The position numbers and the translations under genes are program-made. From positions 205,322 through 269,321 of the forward strand of contig CAVWIL010000007.1 of assembly GCA_963755045.1 (NCBI GenBank): DNA of 64,000 nucleotides, written 5' to 3'. The DNA comes from Nitrospirota bacterium. GTDB lineage: Bacteria; Nitrospirota; UBA9217. The number at the start of each line of letters is the position of its first letter. Positions within the stretch are counted from its first letter, which is position 1. Below the pieces are notes generated by a model. That model saw nothing but the letters and a program-made list of their open reading frames with translations. It searched no databases and had not been told where the DNA came from. Shown one piece after another: positions 19,232 through 28,867 of the stretch.

Positions 19232-20521
19232 ATGAAGATCACTACCATAAAACTGTTTAATCTTATCTTATCCTTAATAGTCATTGTCACCTCGGCTCTA
19301 TTATGCAGTCAAATTATATCAAAGGCAATTTTCAACCAGGAGAACAAGAACGATTATGCTGAACTCAACCACATCAAATACGGTCTTTTCAGTGTTGACG
19401 CATGGAAACGACAAATCACCGTAATTCTCGCCGAGGAGATTGATAAGCTGGATTTGTCAAGGACGGATGAGCGGGATCTTCGAAAACATATCGAAGTTCT
19501 GTTGAATTCGCTCATTGATAAAGTTGACAAGAAAATCAGAGAAGGGAACGCGAACTCTGCCGGAGGTTGGGTCTCTCAAGCTTTTATCGATATATTTGTC
19601 AGTCTGGAAGACATTAAAAAGGGCATTCCTGAATATGCGGATGCTGTCATGCATGAATTGACAAAAAAGAGAACAAGGGGCCAGATAAAGGCCATGCTGC
19701 AGGCACAGTTTAAAGAATATTTGAACCAAACCTTTGAAACACAGGATACCCCTCAACTGAGCCGCATCCTTCTGAGAACTGATTCCAGGGATATTGAAAG
19801 TGCGAGGAGCAAGCTCAAAAAGACAATTTCGGTTGAGAACAGCCTGATCGTTAAGGACGCACTCCTGTTGATCGTTCTGTCGGTCATCCTTTTCGCTCTG
19901 TTCGGTTTCAGCAGGCAACCCCTGGCGCCCTCCAAATATATTCTGCTCGTTTTGTCTCTTATCATGCTGCTGATCGCCGGTGTAACCACGCCCATGATCG
20001 ATATGGAAGCAAAAATCACAGAGATGAGTTTTGTATTGATGGGGCATCTCGTCCATTTTGAGAACCAGGTATTGTATTTTCAAAGCAAAAGCATTCTGGA
20101 TGTTTTTTGGATCATGATCACGCATTCGGATATTCAGATGAAATTTGTCGGGGTCCTGCTGATCACCTTCAGCATCGTGTTCCCCCTGTTAAAAATAATA
20201 TTTTCACTAGGATATTATTACAATTATCACCGTGCAAAGGAGAACCCGGTGATCAGGTTCTTTGTCCTAAAATCAGGGAAATGGTCCATGACCGATGTCA
20301 TGGTGATCGCCATATTCATGGCCTATATCGGATTTAACGGGATCATTACCAGTCAGTTCGGTCAATTAAGCAAAGCGAGCCAGGAACTGGTGATCGTGAC
20401 GACAAACGGCACTTCTCTTCAGCCGGGGTATTATCTGTTCGTGATGTACACCGTATTGGCGTTATTCTTGTCCGGATTCCTGAACAGAAAACCTCTGGTA
20501 TCCGAAGGGACGAATCCATAG
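19232..20521 (+). CDS. PqiA-family-like integral membrane protein
   Basis: C-terminal half has multiple TM helices and KWSMTDVMVIAIFMAY (the WSM.DVF motif of PqiA). ATG 19232 is preferred over GTG 19223. Confidence 0.5.
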   Translation: MKITTIKLFNLILSLIVIVTSALLCSQIISKAIFNQENKNDYAELNHIKYGLFSVDAWKRQITVILAEEIDKLDLSRTDERDLRKHIEVLLNSLIDKVDKKIREGNANSAGGWVSQAFIDIFVSLEDIKKGIPEYADAVMHELTKKRTRGQIKAMLQAQFKEYLNQTFETQDTPQLSRILLRTDSRDIESARSKLKKTISVENSLIVKDALLLIVLSVILFALFGFSRQPLAPSKYILLVLSLIMLLIAGVTTPMIDMEAKITEMSFVLMGHLVHFENQVLYFQSKSILDVFWIMITHSDIQMKFVGVLLITFSIVFPLLKIIFSLGYYYNYHRAKENPVIRFFVLKSGKWSMTDVMVIAIFMAYIGFNGIITSQFGQLSKASQELVIVTTNGTSLQPGYYLFVMYTVLALFLSGFLNRKPLVSEGTNP

Positions 20522-20703
20522 GTTGTGCGTAGTTGAGACCAATTGTGTCAAAAACATCTTAGACAAAAAACATCTTAGGGTCACCCATTTAAAGGGCACC
20601 GTCAATGGGAAACAGTTCTCTTGTGACGAGAAACGGTACGTTTCTCGTCGAGCCTTTCCATTATCTTCATCTTCACTATGCGCTGAGTGAGAAGCAGAGA
20701 AAG

Positions 20704-20729
20704 CGACCCACACAAAACCCGGAAGACCC
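20704..20729. repeat. Solo terminal repeat of the A/B element families
   Basis: cgacccacacaaaacccggaagaccc matches the element ends at 26673-26698 and 50549-50569. Confidence 0.6.
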
Positions 20730-20943
20730 TTTATTTACGGATCTGCATTTCTCTGTGATCTCTGTGACCTCTGCGGTTAAATATCTCTCATGTTTCATGG
20801 AACTTTTGACACTACCTGTAGCAAAACTTTTAACGATACCCTTGATTTACAATATATCATGCTATGACGAGGAAGACGACGAGCCAGAGGGGCCGAAAGA
20901 GCAGTAGTTGCACCCGTTGCGCAGGGGAGGCGGAGGAGTCTGA

Positions 20944-21516
20944 ATGCAAAGAAAGATAAAACGCTGTACCTGGCCAACGGACGATCCACTTATGATTGCC
21001 TACCATGATACGGAATGGGGCGTGCCGCTTCACAATGACCAGAAACTATATGAGTTTATCGTTCTTGACGGTGCGCAAGCAGGCCTCTCATGGTCCACCG
21101 TGCTCAGAAAGCGGGAGAACTATCGCAAAGCCTTTCGGGGATTCGATCCGAAGATCGTGGCCCGATTCAAGGCAAAGGACGTGGAGCGACTGTTGAAGGA
21201 TACGGGCATCATCCGCAATCGTCTGAAGATCGAATCGGCTATAATCAACGCAGGAATATTCCTCGATATCCAGAAAGAGTTCGGGTCCTTCGATGCCTAC
21301 ATCTGGCAGTTTACCGGCGGAAAGACAGTGAACCACCGGTGCAGGCGGCTTGCCGACATCCCTACAACGTCCACAGAATCAGATGCCATGAGCAAGGACA
21401 TGAAGAAACGGGGGTTCAAGTTTGTGGGCTCAACCATCTGTTACGCGTTCATGCAGGCGGCAGGGATGGTCAACGATCACCTTGTTGATTGTTTCAGGTA
21501 CCGGGAAGTGCAGTAA
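20944..21516 (+). CDS. tag: DNA-3-methyladenine glycosylase I
   Basis: YHDTEWGVP, LDGAQAGLSWSTVLRKRENYR, FVGSTICYAFMQAAGMVNDH. Confidence 0.92.
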   Translation: MQRKIKRCTWPTDDPLMIAYHDTEWGVPLHNDQKLYEFIVLDGAQAGLSWSTVLRKRENYRKAFRGFDPKIVARFKAKDVERLLKDTGIIRNRLKIESAIINAGIFLDIQKEFGSFDAYIWQFTGGKTVNHRCRRLADIPTTSTESDAMSKDMKKRGFKFVGSTICYAFMQAAGMVNDHLVDCFRYREVQ

Positions 21517-21688
21517 CCCACACGGTACTTCACGATTGCCTTCCGCGTAGAAACTCGGTACCATGTTCCATGGTCCGGTTCAAGACCCCCTTGAGATCTT
21601 TGCGCCATAGGATGACCCCACAGTTGCATCACGCCGTGAATTGAGAGAGTACAATGACCGCGGACACGCCGCGGGTCGCGGAGGTAGC

Positions 21689-21973
21689 ATGCACAAAAGC
21701 TCAAAGTGGCTGATTTGGGAGATCTGCCTGGTCTTTCTGATTGTTGTCTTATTAGGAATACTTGATCATCCCCTGATTTTGACTTATCAAAGGCATAAGC
21801 TTCTTCACATTTTGGGCGCTATATTATTGCTGGGCAATATAATCATAACCGCCGTCTGGATGCTCATGGCAGAACGTACAAACAATTACCATGTCATGCG
21901 GTTTGCGGTATTCAGCGAAGTATCTAGTCTTTCCCTGCCAATGCAAGACCCGCCTGGAACCTGCCTTGAGTAA
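21689..21973 (+). CDS. Hypothetical small membrane protein (possibly truncated)
   Basis: GGAGG then ATG 21689. Two or three TM helices. No family recognised. Confidence 0.4.
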   Translation: MHKSSKWLIWEICLVFLIVVLLGILDHPLILTYQRHKLLHILGAILLLGNIIITAVWMLMAERTNNYHVMRFAVFSEVSSLSLPMQDPPGTCLE

Positions 21974-22321
21974 GATTTCTCGGTCACTTCGTTCTTTCGG
22001 AATGACAAACGAGGGGTATCTCTAATACCATGGTTGTATTCAAAAATATCCTTTTGGGTTGCTGATTTTTTTTTGCATCAGCAACAAAAGCATTATTGAT
22101 GATTTATAATGTAATTAGGACGGACGAAATAATCATGTCTCCCTAAAAAAAGGAGGAATGAAGGGACTTTTTCACTGAATCAAATCACCCCTAACCACTC
22201 TTTTGCTAAAGAGGGGCAAACAATATTTTGCAGTGCATAGAAATGCCCTTGCATGAGTTGGGTCTTGCGTGTCTGTATAGGACGTCGAAATGAACTATCC
22301 GTGCAAAAGAGGAGGAGCATC

Positions 22322-22528
22322 ATGAAACAGATTGCGATCAACGGTCTTGGCATTCTGGGCTATTCCGAAGATGAACTGGTTTCCGCCGATATTGTGGACG
22401 ATGAGCATTCGGGCATCATAGAAGCCAACGCCACCAGGGTCATCATGGACAGGACTGTCAAGGTGCTCTCCTGGTACGATAATGATACGGATATACTCAA
22501 CGGCTGCTCGATCTGGCCGATTACATAG
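22322..22528 (+). pseudogene. gap: C-terminal relic of glyceraldehyde-3-phosphate dehydrogenase
   Basis: GILGYSEDELVSADIVDDEHSGIIEANATRVIMDRTVKVLSWYDN aligns with the GAPDH C-terminus (GILGYTE..VSSD..GD.HSSIFDA......VKV.SWYDNE). No N-terminal or catalytic part is present. Confidence 0.65.
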
Positions 22529-22662
22529 CCCGATAAAGGATAGCGCTCACGGTGTGAAAATATTTAAAAGAGGAACATCCACCAATTCCCGACAAGCTCC
22601 AATGTCCAAGTGTCAAAACAGATGATGACTGTATGCAGCGAAAACAACCAAAGGAGGCGAGT

Positions 22663-24078
22663 ATGAAAAGGATCACGAGACGCGATTTTCTCAAACAGGC
22701 AGGGATCGGTGCAGCGGGCATGGCCTTGGGACCTGGTGTGCTGAACGAAGCTTTTGCCCAGAAACAGGGCCGCCGGACGCTCAGGATACTTCAATGGAGC
22801 CATTTTGTTCCCACGCACGACAAATGGTACGATCAGTACGCAAGGGAATGGGGTGAAAAACACGATGTGGACGTCATCATCGACCACATCGGGCTCGCCG
22901 ACCTTCGGAGCACCTTTGCCTCCGAGGTGGCGGCAGGCAAGGGGCATGACATCGTGGAATTCATCGATCCGCCGTCCGACTTCGAGCCGAGCGTCATGAA
23001 CCTTGCCGATCTGAACCAGGAGGCGGAGAAACGGTTCGGGAAGCAGCTCCCCGTGGCGACGCGCAGCACCTACAACCCCCATACGAAGCAGCATTACGGG
23101 TTCTGCCACGGCTGGACCATCGATCCGGGCGACTACCGCAAATCCCTCTGGGAGAAGGCCGGCAAGCCTGACGGACCCACGACCTGGGAGGACCTGCTGA
23201 CCTACGGCGCGAAGATCAAGAACGAGCAGGGTATCCAGCTGGGGATCGGCATCTCCCAGGAACTCGATTCCAACATGGCGGAACGGACGCTGCTGTGGTC
23301 CTTCGACACCTCCATCCAGGATGAGAACGAGATCGTCGTCCTGGACAACAAGAAGACCGTGGAGGCCGTCAAGTTCATGATCGAGCTGTACCAGAAGACC
23401 ATGACACCCGAGGTGTTCGGGTGGACGGCAGCATCGAACAACCAGCTTCTGCTCGCCGGGAAGGCATCGTACATCCTGAACTCCATCTCGGCCTATCGGT
23501 CCGCGCAGAAAGACGTTCCCGAGGTAGCGAAGGACGTGTTCTTTACTCCTGCGCTCAAGGGGCCGCGCGGCACGGGGTGGGCATGCGAGCACGTGATCTA
23601 CGTGACCGTGATCCCGAAATTCTCCGCAAAGAACGCCGACCTGGCCAAGCAGTTCCTGCTCGACCGGGTCGCGAACTACGACAAGGCCATGTGGGAGAGC
23701 AAACTGTACAATTCTCCCGCCTTCTTCAACGCGCCGGTGCCGGCTGGCGACCGGGGCTACCCGGCTGTTGCGACAGCAAAGCATCTGCGCGACCTGCACA
23801 ACGCCTGGTTCAGCAAGGACCCCTTTGCGCTTCCCGGCGAGCGGACCGACAAACTGATCACGCTTAAGGATGCGGAGAAATGGAGCACCAACGTGGGCTT
23901 CCCCGGTACTTCGAACCCGGCAGAAGGCGAGATATTCGGCACCTATGTACTTCCTGGCATGTTCGCCCGCGTGGCCCAGGGCAAGCAGACCGCCGAGGAG
24001 TCGGTGAAGCAGGCCGCGGAGCAGTGCAATGTCATCTTCGACAAGTGGCGGGCACAGGGGTTGATCAGGAAGAAATAG
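22663..24078 (+). CDS. ABC transporter substrate-binding protein (family 1, sugar-type) with Tat signal
   Basis: AAGGAGG then ATG 22663. MKRITRRDFLKQAGIGAAGMALG twin-arginine signal. Confidence 0.85.
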   Translation: MKRITRRDFLKQAGIGAAGMALGPGVLNEAFAQKQGRRTLRILQWSHFVPTHDKWYDQYAREWGEKHDVDVIIDHIGLADLRSTFASEVAAGKGHDIVEFIDPPSDFEPSVMNLADLNQEAEKRFGKQLPVATRSTYNPHTKQHYGFCHGWTIDPGDYRKSLWEKAGKPDGPTTWEDLLTYGAKIKNEQGIQLGIGISQELDSNMAERTLLWSFDTSIQDENEIVVLDNKKTVEAVKFMIELYQKTMTPEVFGWTAASNNQLLLAGKASYILNSISAYRSAQKDVPEVAKDVFFTPALKGPRGTGWACEHVIYVTVIPKFSAKNADLAKQFLLDRVANYDKAMWESKLYNSPAFFNAPVPAGDRGYPAVATAKHLRDLHNAWFSKDPFALPGERTDKLITLKDAEKWSTNVGFPGTSNPAEGEIFGTYVLPGMFARVAQGKQTAEESVKQAAEQCNVIFDKWRAQGLIRKK

Positions 24079-24095
24079 ACAGTGAGCAGCGATTT

Positions 24096-24180
24096 ACCGC
24101 GATGCCGCGAAGGACGCGAAGAGAAGCTTGAATATTGGCTGGGGCTTACGGTTTCCTTTGCGCCCTCTGCGTCCTGCGGT
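24096..24180. repeat. Word-based imperfect palindrome in the SBP-ATPase spacer
   Basis: accgcgatgccgcgaaggacgcgaagagaag ... cctttgcgccctctgcgtcctgcggt. Confidence 0.55.
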
Positions 24181-24239
24181 TCAAGTTGCCGTGTCTTGGA
24201 GCTCTATAATCTGGTTCTTTGCAGATCAGTGATAATTCT

Positions 24240-25241
24240 ATGGCGAACGTACAACTGGTCGGGATCAAGAAACACTTTGAAGGCGTGAAGGCTGTCGACG
24301 GCATCGACCTGGAGATCAGCGACGGGGAATTCCTCGTGCTGCTCGGACCCTCCGGGAGCGGCAAGACCACGCTCATGCGCCTTGTTGCGGGTCTTGAAAA
24401 GCCGACCGGGGGACAGATCGTCATCGACGGACAGCCGGTGAACGACCTCCCGCCGCGGGAGCGGGGCATCGCCATGGTCTTCCAGAGCTATGCTCTCTAC
24501 CCGCATAAGACCGTGTTCGGGAACATCTCCTTTCCCCTCGCCGTGGAAGGCATGCCGCGGGAGGACATCCGGAAGAAAGTGGAATGGGCTTCGGGGCTCC
24601 TCGGCATAGGCCATCTCCTGGACCGGATGCCGTCCCAGTGCTCGGGCGGCGAACGCCAGCGCGTCGCGATCGCGCGCGCCCTGGTCCGCAGGCCCAGGGT
24701 GCTCCTGATGGATGAGCCGCTTTCGAACCTCGACGCGAAGGTGCGCCATACGGCCCGCGAGGAGCTGAAGCTCTTTCAGCGGGAGATCCACGTTACCACC
24801 ATCTACGTCACCCATGATCAGGCGGAGGCAATGGGCCTGGGCGACCGGATCGCGGTGATGAACGAGGGGACGATCCGCCAGATCGGCACGCCTGACTCGA
24901 TCTACAACGATCCGGCCAACATGTTCGTCGCGGGCTTTGTCGGCATTCCGCCGATGAACTTCATGGAGCAGGACGGCCTGATCGTCGGGTTCCGTCCCGA
25001 GGCGCTGCTTCCGGCGGAGGCGCTCCCGGACAAGGAATGCATGCGTCTCCGGCTTCTGGTCGAACGGGTGGAGGACCTGGGGTCGCACCGGCTAGTGTAC
25101 GGGACCATCGGCAAGACCAAAGTCATCGCGAACCATTCCTTCCGTTTGAACATGAAGGAGGGAGATGATCACGAGTTCGCGGTCTGCAGCCAGGAGCTCC
25201 GGCGCTTCGATCCGAAGACCGGCATGAGGGTGAGGCCATGA
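24240..25241 (+). CDS. ABC transporter ATP-binding protein (MalK/UgpC type)
   Basis: GPSGSGKTT, CSGGERQRVAIARAL, LLMDEPLSNLD, plus a C-terminal regulatory domain. Confidence 0.93.
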   Translation: MANVQLVGIKKHFEGVKAVDGIDLEISDGEFLVLLGPSGSGKTTLMRLVAGLEKPTGGQIVIDGQPVNDLPPRERGIAMVFQSYALYPHKTVFGNISFPLAVEGMPREDIRKKVEWASGLLGIGHLLDRMPSQCSGGERQRVAIARALVRRPRVLLMDEPLSNLDAKVRHTAREELKLFQREIHVTTIYVTHDQAEAMGLGDRIAVMNEGTIRQIGTPDSIYNDPANMFVAGFVGIPPMNFMEQDGLIVGFRPEALLPAEALPDKECMRLRLLVERVEDLGSHRLVYGTIGKTKVIANHSFRLNMKEGDDHEFAVCSQELRRFDPKTGMRVRP

Positions 25242-26158
25242 GCCGGCCGCGCTTCTTCGAGCGGGAGTCGGTGCTTGCGCCGCTGATGCTTGCGCCCGTG
25301 GCACTGTACATGCTGCTCCTGGTGGGGTTTCCGTTCCTCATGGCCTTCGTGTACAGCTTCAGCAATGTGACCGTGGGAAATCCCGATTATCACATGATCG
25401 GGTTCGGGAACTTCGCGGCCGTGCTCCATGACCCGGCGTTCCGGACATCCCTGACGAACACCTGCATCTTCACCTTCACGTCCATCGCCCTGGTGCTCGT
25501 GCTCTCGAACATGCTGACCGAGCTCCTGATGCGTGAATTCCGCTTCAAGTGGCTCATCCGGTTCCTCATCATGCTTCCCTGGACCGCGCCGATCGCACTC
25601 GGCACCATCGGCTACCTCTGGTTCCTCGACTCGGTTTTCAGCCCCATCGACTGGCTGCTCCGCACCTGGGGACTGCTCGGAAAACCCCATGCCCTGCTGG
25701 GCCCCATGAGCAACCTCTACTGGCTCGGAAGGCCCGGCCTGGCGATGGCGTCGGTCATCCTCGTCCATGTCTGGAGGCTCCTTCCCCTTGCCACGATGAT
25801 CCGCATCGCCGGGATGAACTCCCTCCCGCGGGAGGTCCTCGAAGCGGCCCAGATGGACGGAGCGGGATACTATCGGCGTCTCTTCCAGATCGTTCTGCCG
25901 CTCTTGCTGCCGGTGATCAGCGTCACGGTCCTCTTCTCCACGCTTTTCACCTTCACGGACATGACGGTAGTCTGGGTCCTTACCAAGGGCGGTCCGCCGG
26001 ACAACAACACGCAGGTCCTGGCAAGCCTCGCGTTCCTCAAGGGCATCCAGGGAGGCGACCTGGCCCAGGGCGCGGCAGTCTCGCTGTTTTTCTTCCCGGT
26101 GCTCGCGGGCGTTGCGGCGGTCGTGCTGCGGCTTGCGAAGAAGGCGGTAGTGACGTAG
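25238..26158 (+). CDS. ABC sugar transporter permease (MalF/UgpA-like)
   Basis: ATGA overlap with the ATPase gene. Six TM helices and an EAA loop (EAAQMDGAGYYRRLFQIVLP). Confidence 0.9.
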   Translation: MSRPRFFERESVLAPLMLAPVALYMLLLVGFPFLMAFVYSFSNVTVGNPDYHMIGFGNFAAVLHDPAFRTSLTNTCIFTFTSIALVLVLSNMLTELLMREFRFKWLIRFLIMLPWTAPIALGTIGYLWFLDSVFSPIDWLLRTWGLLGKPHALLGPMSNLYWLGRPGLAMASVILVHVWRLLPLATMIRIAGMNSLPREVLEAAQMDGAGYYRRLFQIVLPLLLPVISVTVLFSTLFTFTDMTVVWVLTKGGPPDNNTQVLASLAFLKGIQGGDLAQGAAVSLFFFPVLAGVAAVVLRLAKKAVVT

Positions 26159-26182
26159 ATAGGAGTTCAGAGTATGGCGTAG

Positions 26183-26698
26183 AAATAAGGCTCTTCTGAT
26201 TTTAATGTGGGTGGAATAAGCTCCTATATGACTTATTATATAGTATTATCGCCCCTTTTTCATGTTTGTTGTCACCTTTCTTGCTTGCCCAAGCAAGGTG
26301 ACCGAAAGAAGGGCACCCGGCGAAAATCCTTTACGGCATGCTCGGTCGTCCTCGGTACATTTCGGAAACTCGCCCTTCGGGCTCAGACAGTCCGAAATGT
26401 TTAACCCTCGGACTCGGTCGCATGCCTAGATTTTCGCATGGGAAGCTTTTGGTGAAACGTCTTTAAACCAACCCCGCATGTCCCCGGAGCGGCCCTATGA
26501 AATTTTTGGGCACCCGTCTTGGCCTAAGGCAGCGTCCCTCTGGGGCGAACGCGTACTGTCTGAGGCCGTAGGCCGAGTTTACGCGGGCGAGCGGACGTGG
26601 CCTTAGTCGGGTCAAAAATTTAATTCAGGCCACGAAGGGGATATGCAAGAAAATAGATAAAGGGTGAAAAACTACCCACACAAAACCCGGAAGATCCA
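26183..26698 (-). mobile_element. MITE-like non-coding element, family B, copy B2 (inverted relative to B1)
   Basis: Reverse complement is ~99% identical to 9778-10294. It occupies almost the whole 551-nt gap between the two permease genes. Confidence 0.88.
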
Positions 26699-26709
26699 GA
26701 AATAACATT

Positions 26710-27549
26710 ATGCTGAAACAGATCTTCTCAAAAAGCTACTTCTACGGCGCGTTGAGTATCTTCATCGTCTTCTCCGCCGCCCCGTTCTACATCATGCTGA
26801 TCACCATGTTCAAGCGGAGCCATGACCTCTTCAGTCCGACCAACAACCCTTTCTGGCTGAACGAAGGCCCTACCCTCGAACATCTCGACCTGCTCTTCAA
26901 CCAGACGCTCTTTCTGCGGTTCCTGCTGAACACCTTCCTTGTGGGCATGGCCGTCGTGGTGATCACGGTCATCCTGGCGGTTCCCGCTGCGATCAGCCTG
27001 GCGCGCCTGGCAGGCAGGTGGGGGGAGAGCGTTGGCATCGGCATCTTCCTGACCTACCTCGTCCCGCCGACACTCTTGTTCATCCCGCTCTCGCGCATCG
27101 TGTCGGTCCTGGGACTCCAGAATTCCCTGTGGTCCCTGGTCCTCGTATATCCCACCTTCACGGTGCCCTTCTGCACCTGGCTCCTGATGAGCTTCTTCAA
27201 GTCCATCCCGAAGGACATCGAGGAGCAGGCCCTCGTCGACGGGTGCAGCAGGGTCGGCGCCATGGCACGGGTCCTTCTGCCGCTCTCCATCCCCGGCATC
27301 ATCACGGTCATCGTGTTTTCCTTCACGCTCGTGGCGCACGAGTACATCTACGCGCTCTCCTTCATCCAAGACTCGGCGAAAAAGACCATCGGTATCGGCA
27401 TGACCACGGAGCTGGTACGCGGGGACGTCTTCTACTGGGGGGCGCTCATGGGAGGGGCGCTGATCGCGAGCATCCCCGTCGCGGTCCTGTACACGCTCTT
27501 CCTTGACCGGATCATATCAGGTCTCGCCGTGGGCACGACGAAGACATGA
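26710..27549 (+). CDS. ABC sugar transporter permease (MalG/UgpE-like)
   Basis: EAA loop EEQALVDGCSRVGAMARVLLP. Six TM helices. Confidence 0.9.
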   Translation: MLKQIFSKSYFYGALSIFIVFSAAPFYIMLITMFKRSHDLFSPTNNPFWLNEGPTLEHLDLLFNQTLFLRFLLNTFLVGMAVVVITVILAVPAAISLARLAGRWGESVGIGIFLTYLVPPTLLFIPLSRIVSVLGLQNSLWSLVLVYPTFTVPFCTWLLMSFFKSIPKDIEEQALVDGCSRVGAMARVLLPLSIPGIITVIVFSFTLVAHEYIYALSFIQDSAKKTIGIGMTTELVRGDVFYWGALMGGALIASIPVAVLYTLFLDRIISGLAVGTTKT

Positions 27550-27763
27550 CAGGTGAGATTTGCGTAGATTTTATTGGCACCTGATAACGGCGGATAAAAC
27601 CTATGAAGATGCATGATCAATCATGGCCGATCAGTGTAAATCAGTGTCAAAGAAGGGGTACATAAAAGGACGATCGCTATAACCTCAACATATTTTGGTC
27701 ATCCCGTAGTGAGAATAAAGGTGGCGCACTAGCACGTGACAGATCAGAAGGGAGGCGAGAATA

Positions 27764-28057
27764 ATGGCAACGCATATCGTTTTGATGAAGATGACGGAAC
27801 AGGGAATCAAGGACATCAAGAATGCACCACCGCGAGTTGAAGCAGCCGCGAAGGCCATTGAGGCAATAGGGGGCAAGATGACGGGCTTCTACTTCACGTT
27901 GGGTGAGTATGACTACATTTCCATCATTGAGGGACTCACTGACGAAGCCGGCGCGTCTTTCCTGCTGAAATTAGGCTCGGCGGGGAACGTCAGAACAACG
28001 ACGCTAAAAGCATTCACGAAGAACGAGTTTGCCGAGATGGTTAAGAAGCTGCCTTAG
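27764..28057 (+). CDS. GYD domain protein
   Basis: Length and pattern (YFTLGEYDYISIIE, the GxYD motif) match the GYD family. Confidence 0.75.
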   Translation: MATHIVLMKMTEQGIKDIKNAPPRVEAAAKAIEAIGGKMTGFYFTLGEYDYISIIEGLTDEAGASFLLKLGSAGNVRTTTLKAFTKNEFAEMVKKLP

Positions 28058-28315
28058 CCTCATCGGTGAGAACAAGGACTGAAAAAGGCAATGTATCTGA
28101 ATTCTAGTGCGCCACACTAGAATATCGTACATGTTCCGGTAATATTCCGAATGACTTCACGGTAAAGCTGTAAAAAACAAAGAAACTCGGTTTGAATTGT
28201 TTCACGCATGAGTTTACGGTAGTCAGCGACAGTATCATTTTGCTGGTATTGAAGAATTCATTCGGTATTCGATAATAATTGCGTTGACAACTGTCATTTA
28301 AACAAGGAGGCAAAT

Positions 28316-28720
28316 ATGGAAGAATCTAATCGACTCAGGTATTTAAAGATCGCCCTGTTATTGATTGGTGCATTCTGCTTCGTTGGAGTTTATCCACTTA
28401 CAATTTATTGGCCGTCGGGCTGGGCGTGGCACGCGGAGGGCCCTTCGCTCTACTTACAGATGATCATCGGAATCTATGCGACACTTGGCGTTTTCTTGAT
28501 GATTGCAGCCCGAAATCCTCTTGAGCATCTCAGTCTCATTTGGTTCACCGTCTGGTCAAGCATCGTGCACGGCGGTATTATGGCGATTCAATCACTCGTT
28601 TATCAGCAACATAGAGGCCATCTATTCGGCGACGTGCCGGTACTGCTTATAGCAGCGGCAGTATTAGCAGTACTGACTCCGAGGGGGAAAATGCGAACGA
28701 CGACCGATAAAAAGCAATAA
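28316..28720 (+). CDS. Hypothetical four-TM membrane protein
   Basis: AAGGAGG RBS and four hydrophobic helices. No family recognised with certainty. Confidence 0.5.
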   Translation: MEESNRLRYLKIALLLIGAFCFVGVYPLTIYWPSGWAWHAEGPSLYLQMIIGIYATLGVFLMIAARNPLEHLSLIWFTVWSSIVHGGIMAIQSLVYQQHRGHLFGDVPVLLIAAAVLAVLTPRGKMRTTTDKKQ

Positions 28721-28867
28721 GGAGAAATAATGATGAGACGGAGCATTCAGGGTAAGGTCTACTTTGTTGACATTTAGCTTCTTTGCCTCGACTTTTATTG
28801 TGATGATATTAAAGTAGACCTAACCCTCAGAGTCTCACGTCAGGCTCTTGACCGCTCCGTTGCAAGA

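Noticed and set aside
10295-26182. The 15.9-kb segment between B1 and B2 as a composite transposon
   Set aside because: There is no transposase inside. B2 sits in the middle of an ABC operon, so one boundary would split that operon. The contents are a heterogeneous mix of housekeeping-like and island genes. Inversion by recombination remains possible and is noted in the findings.
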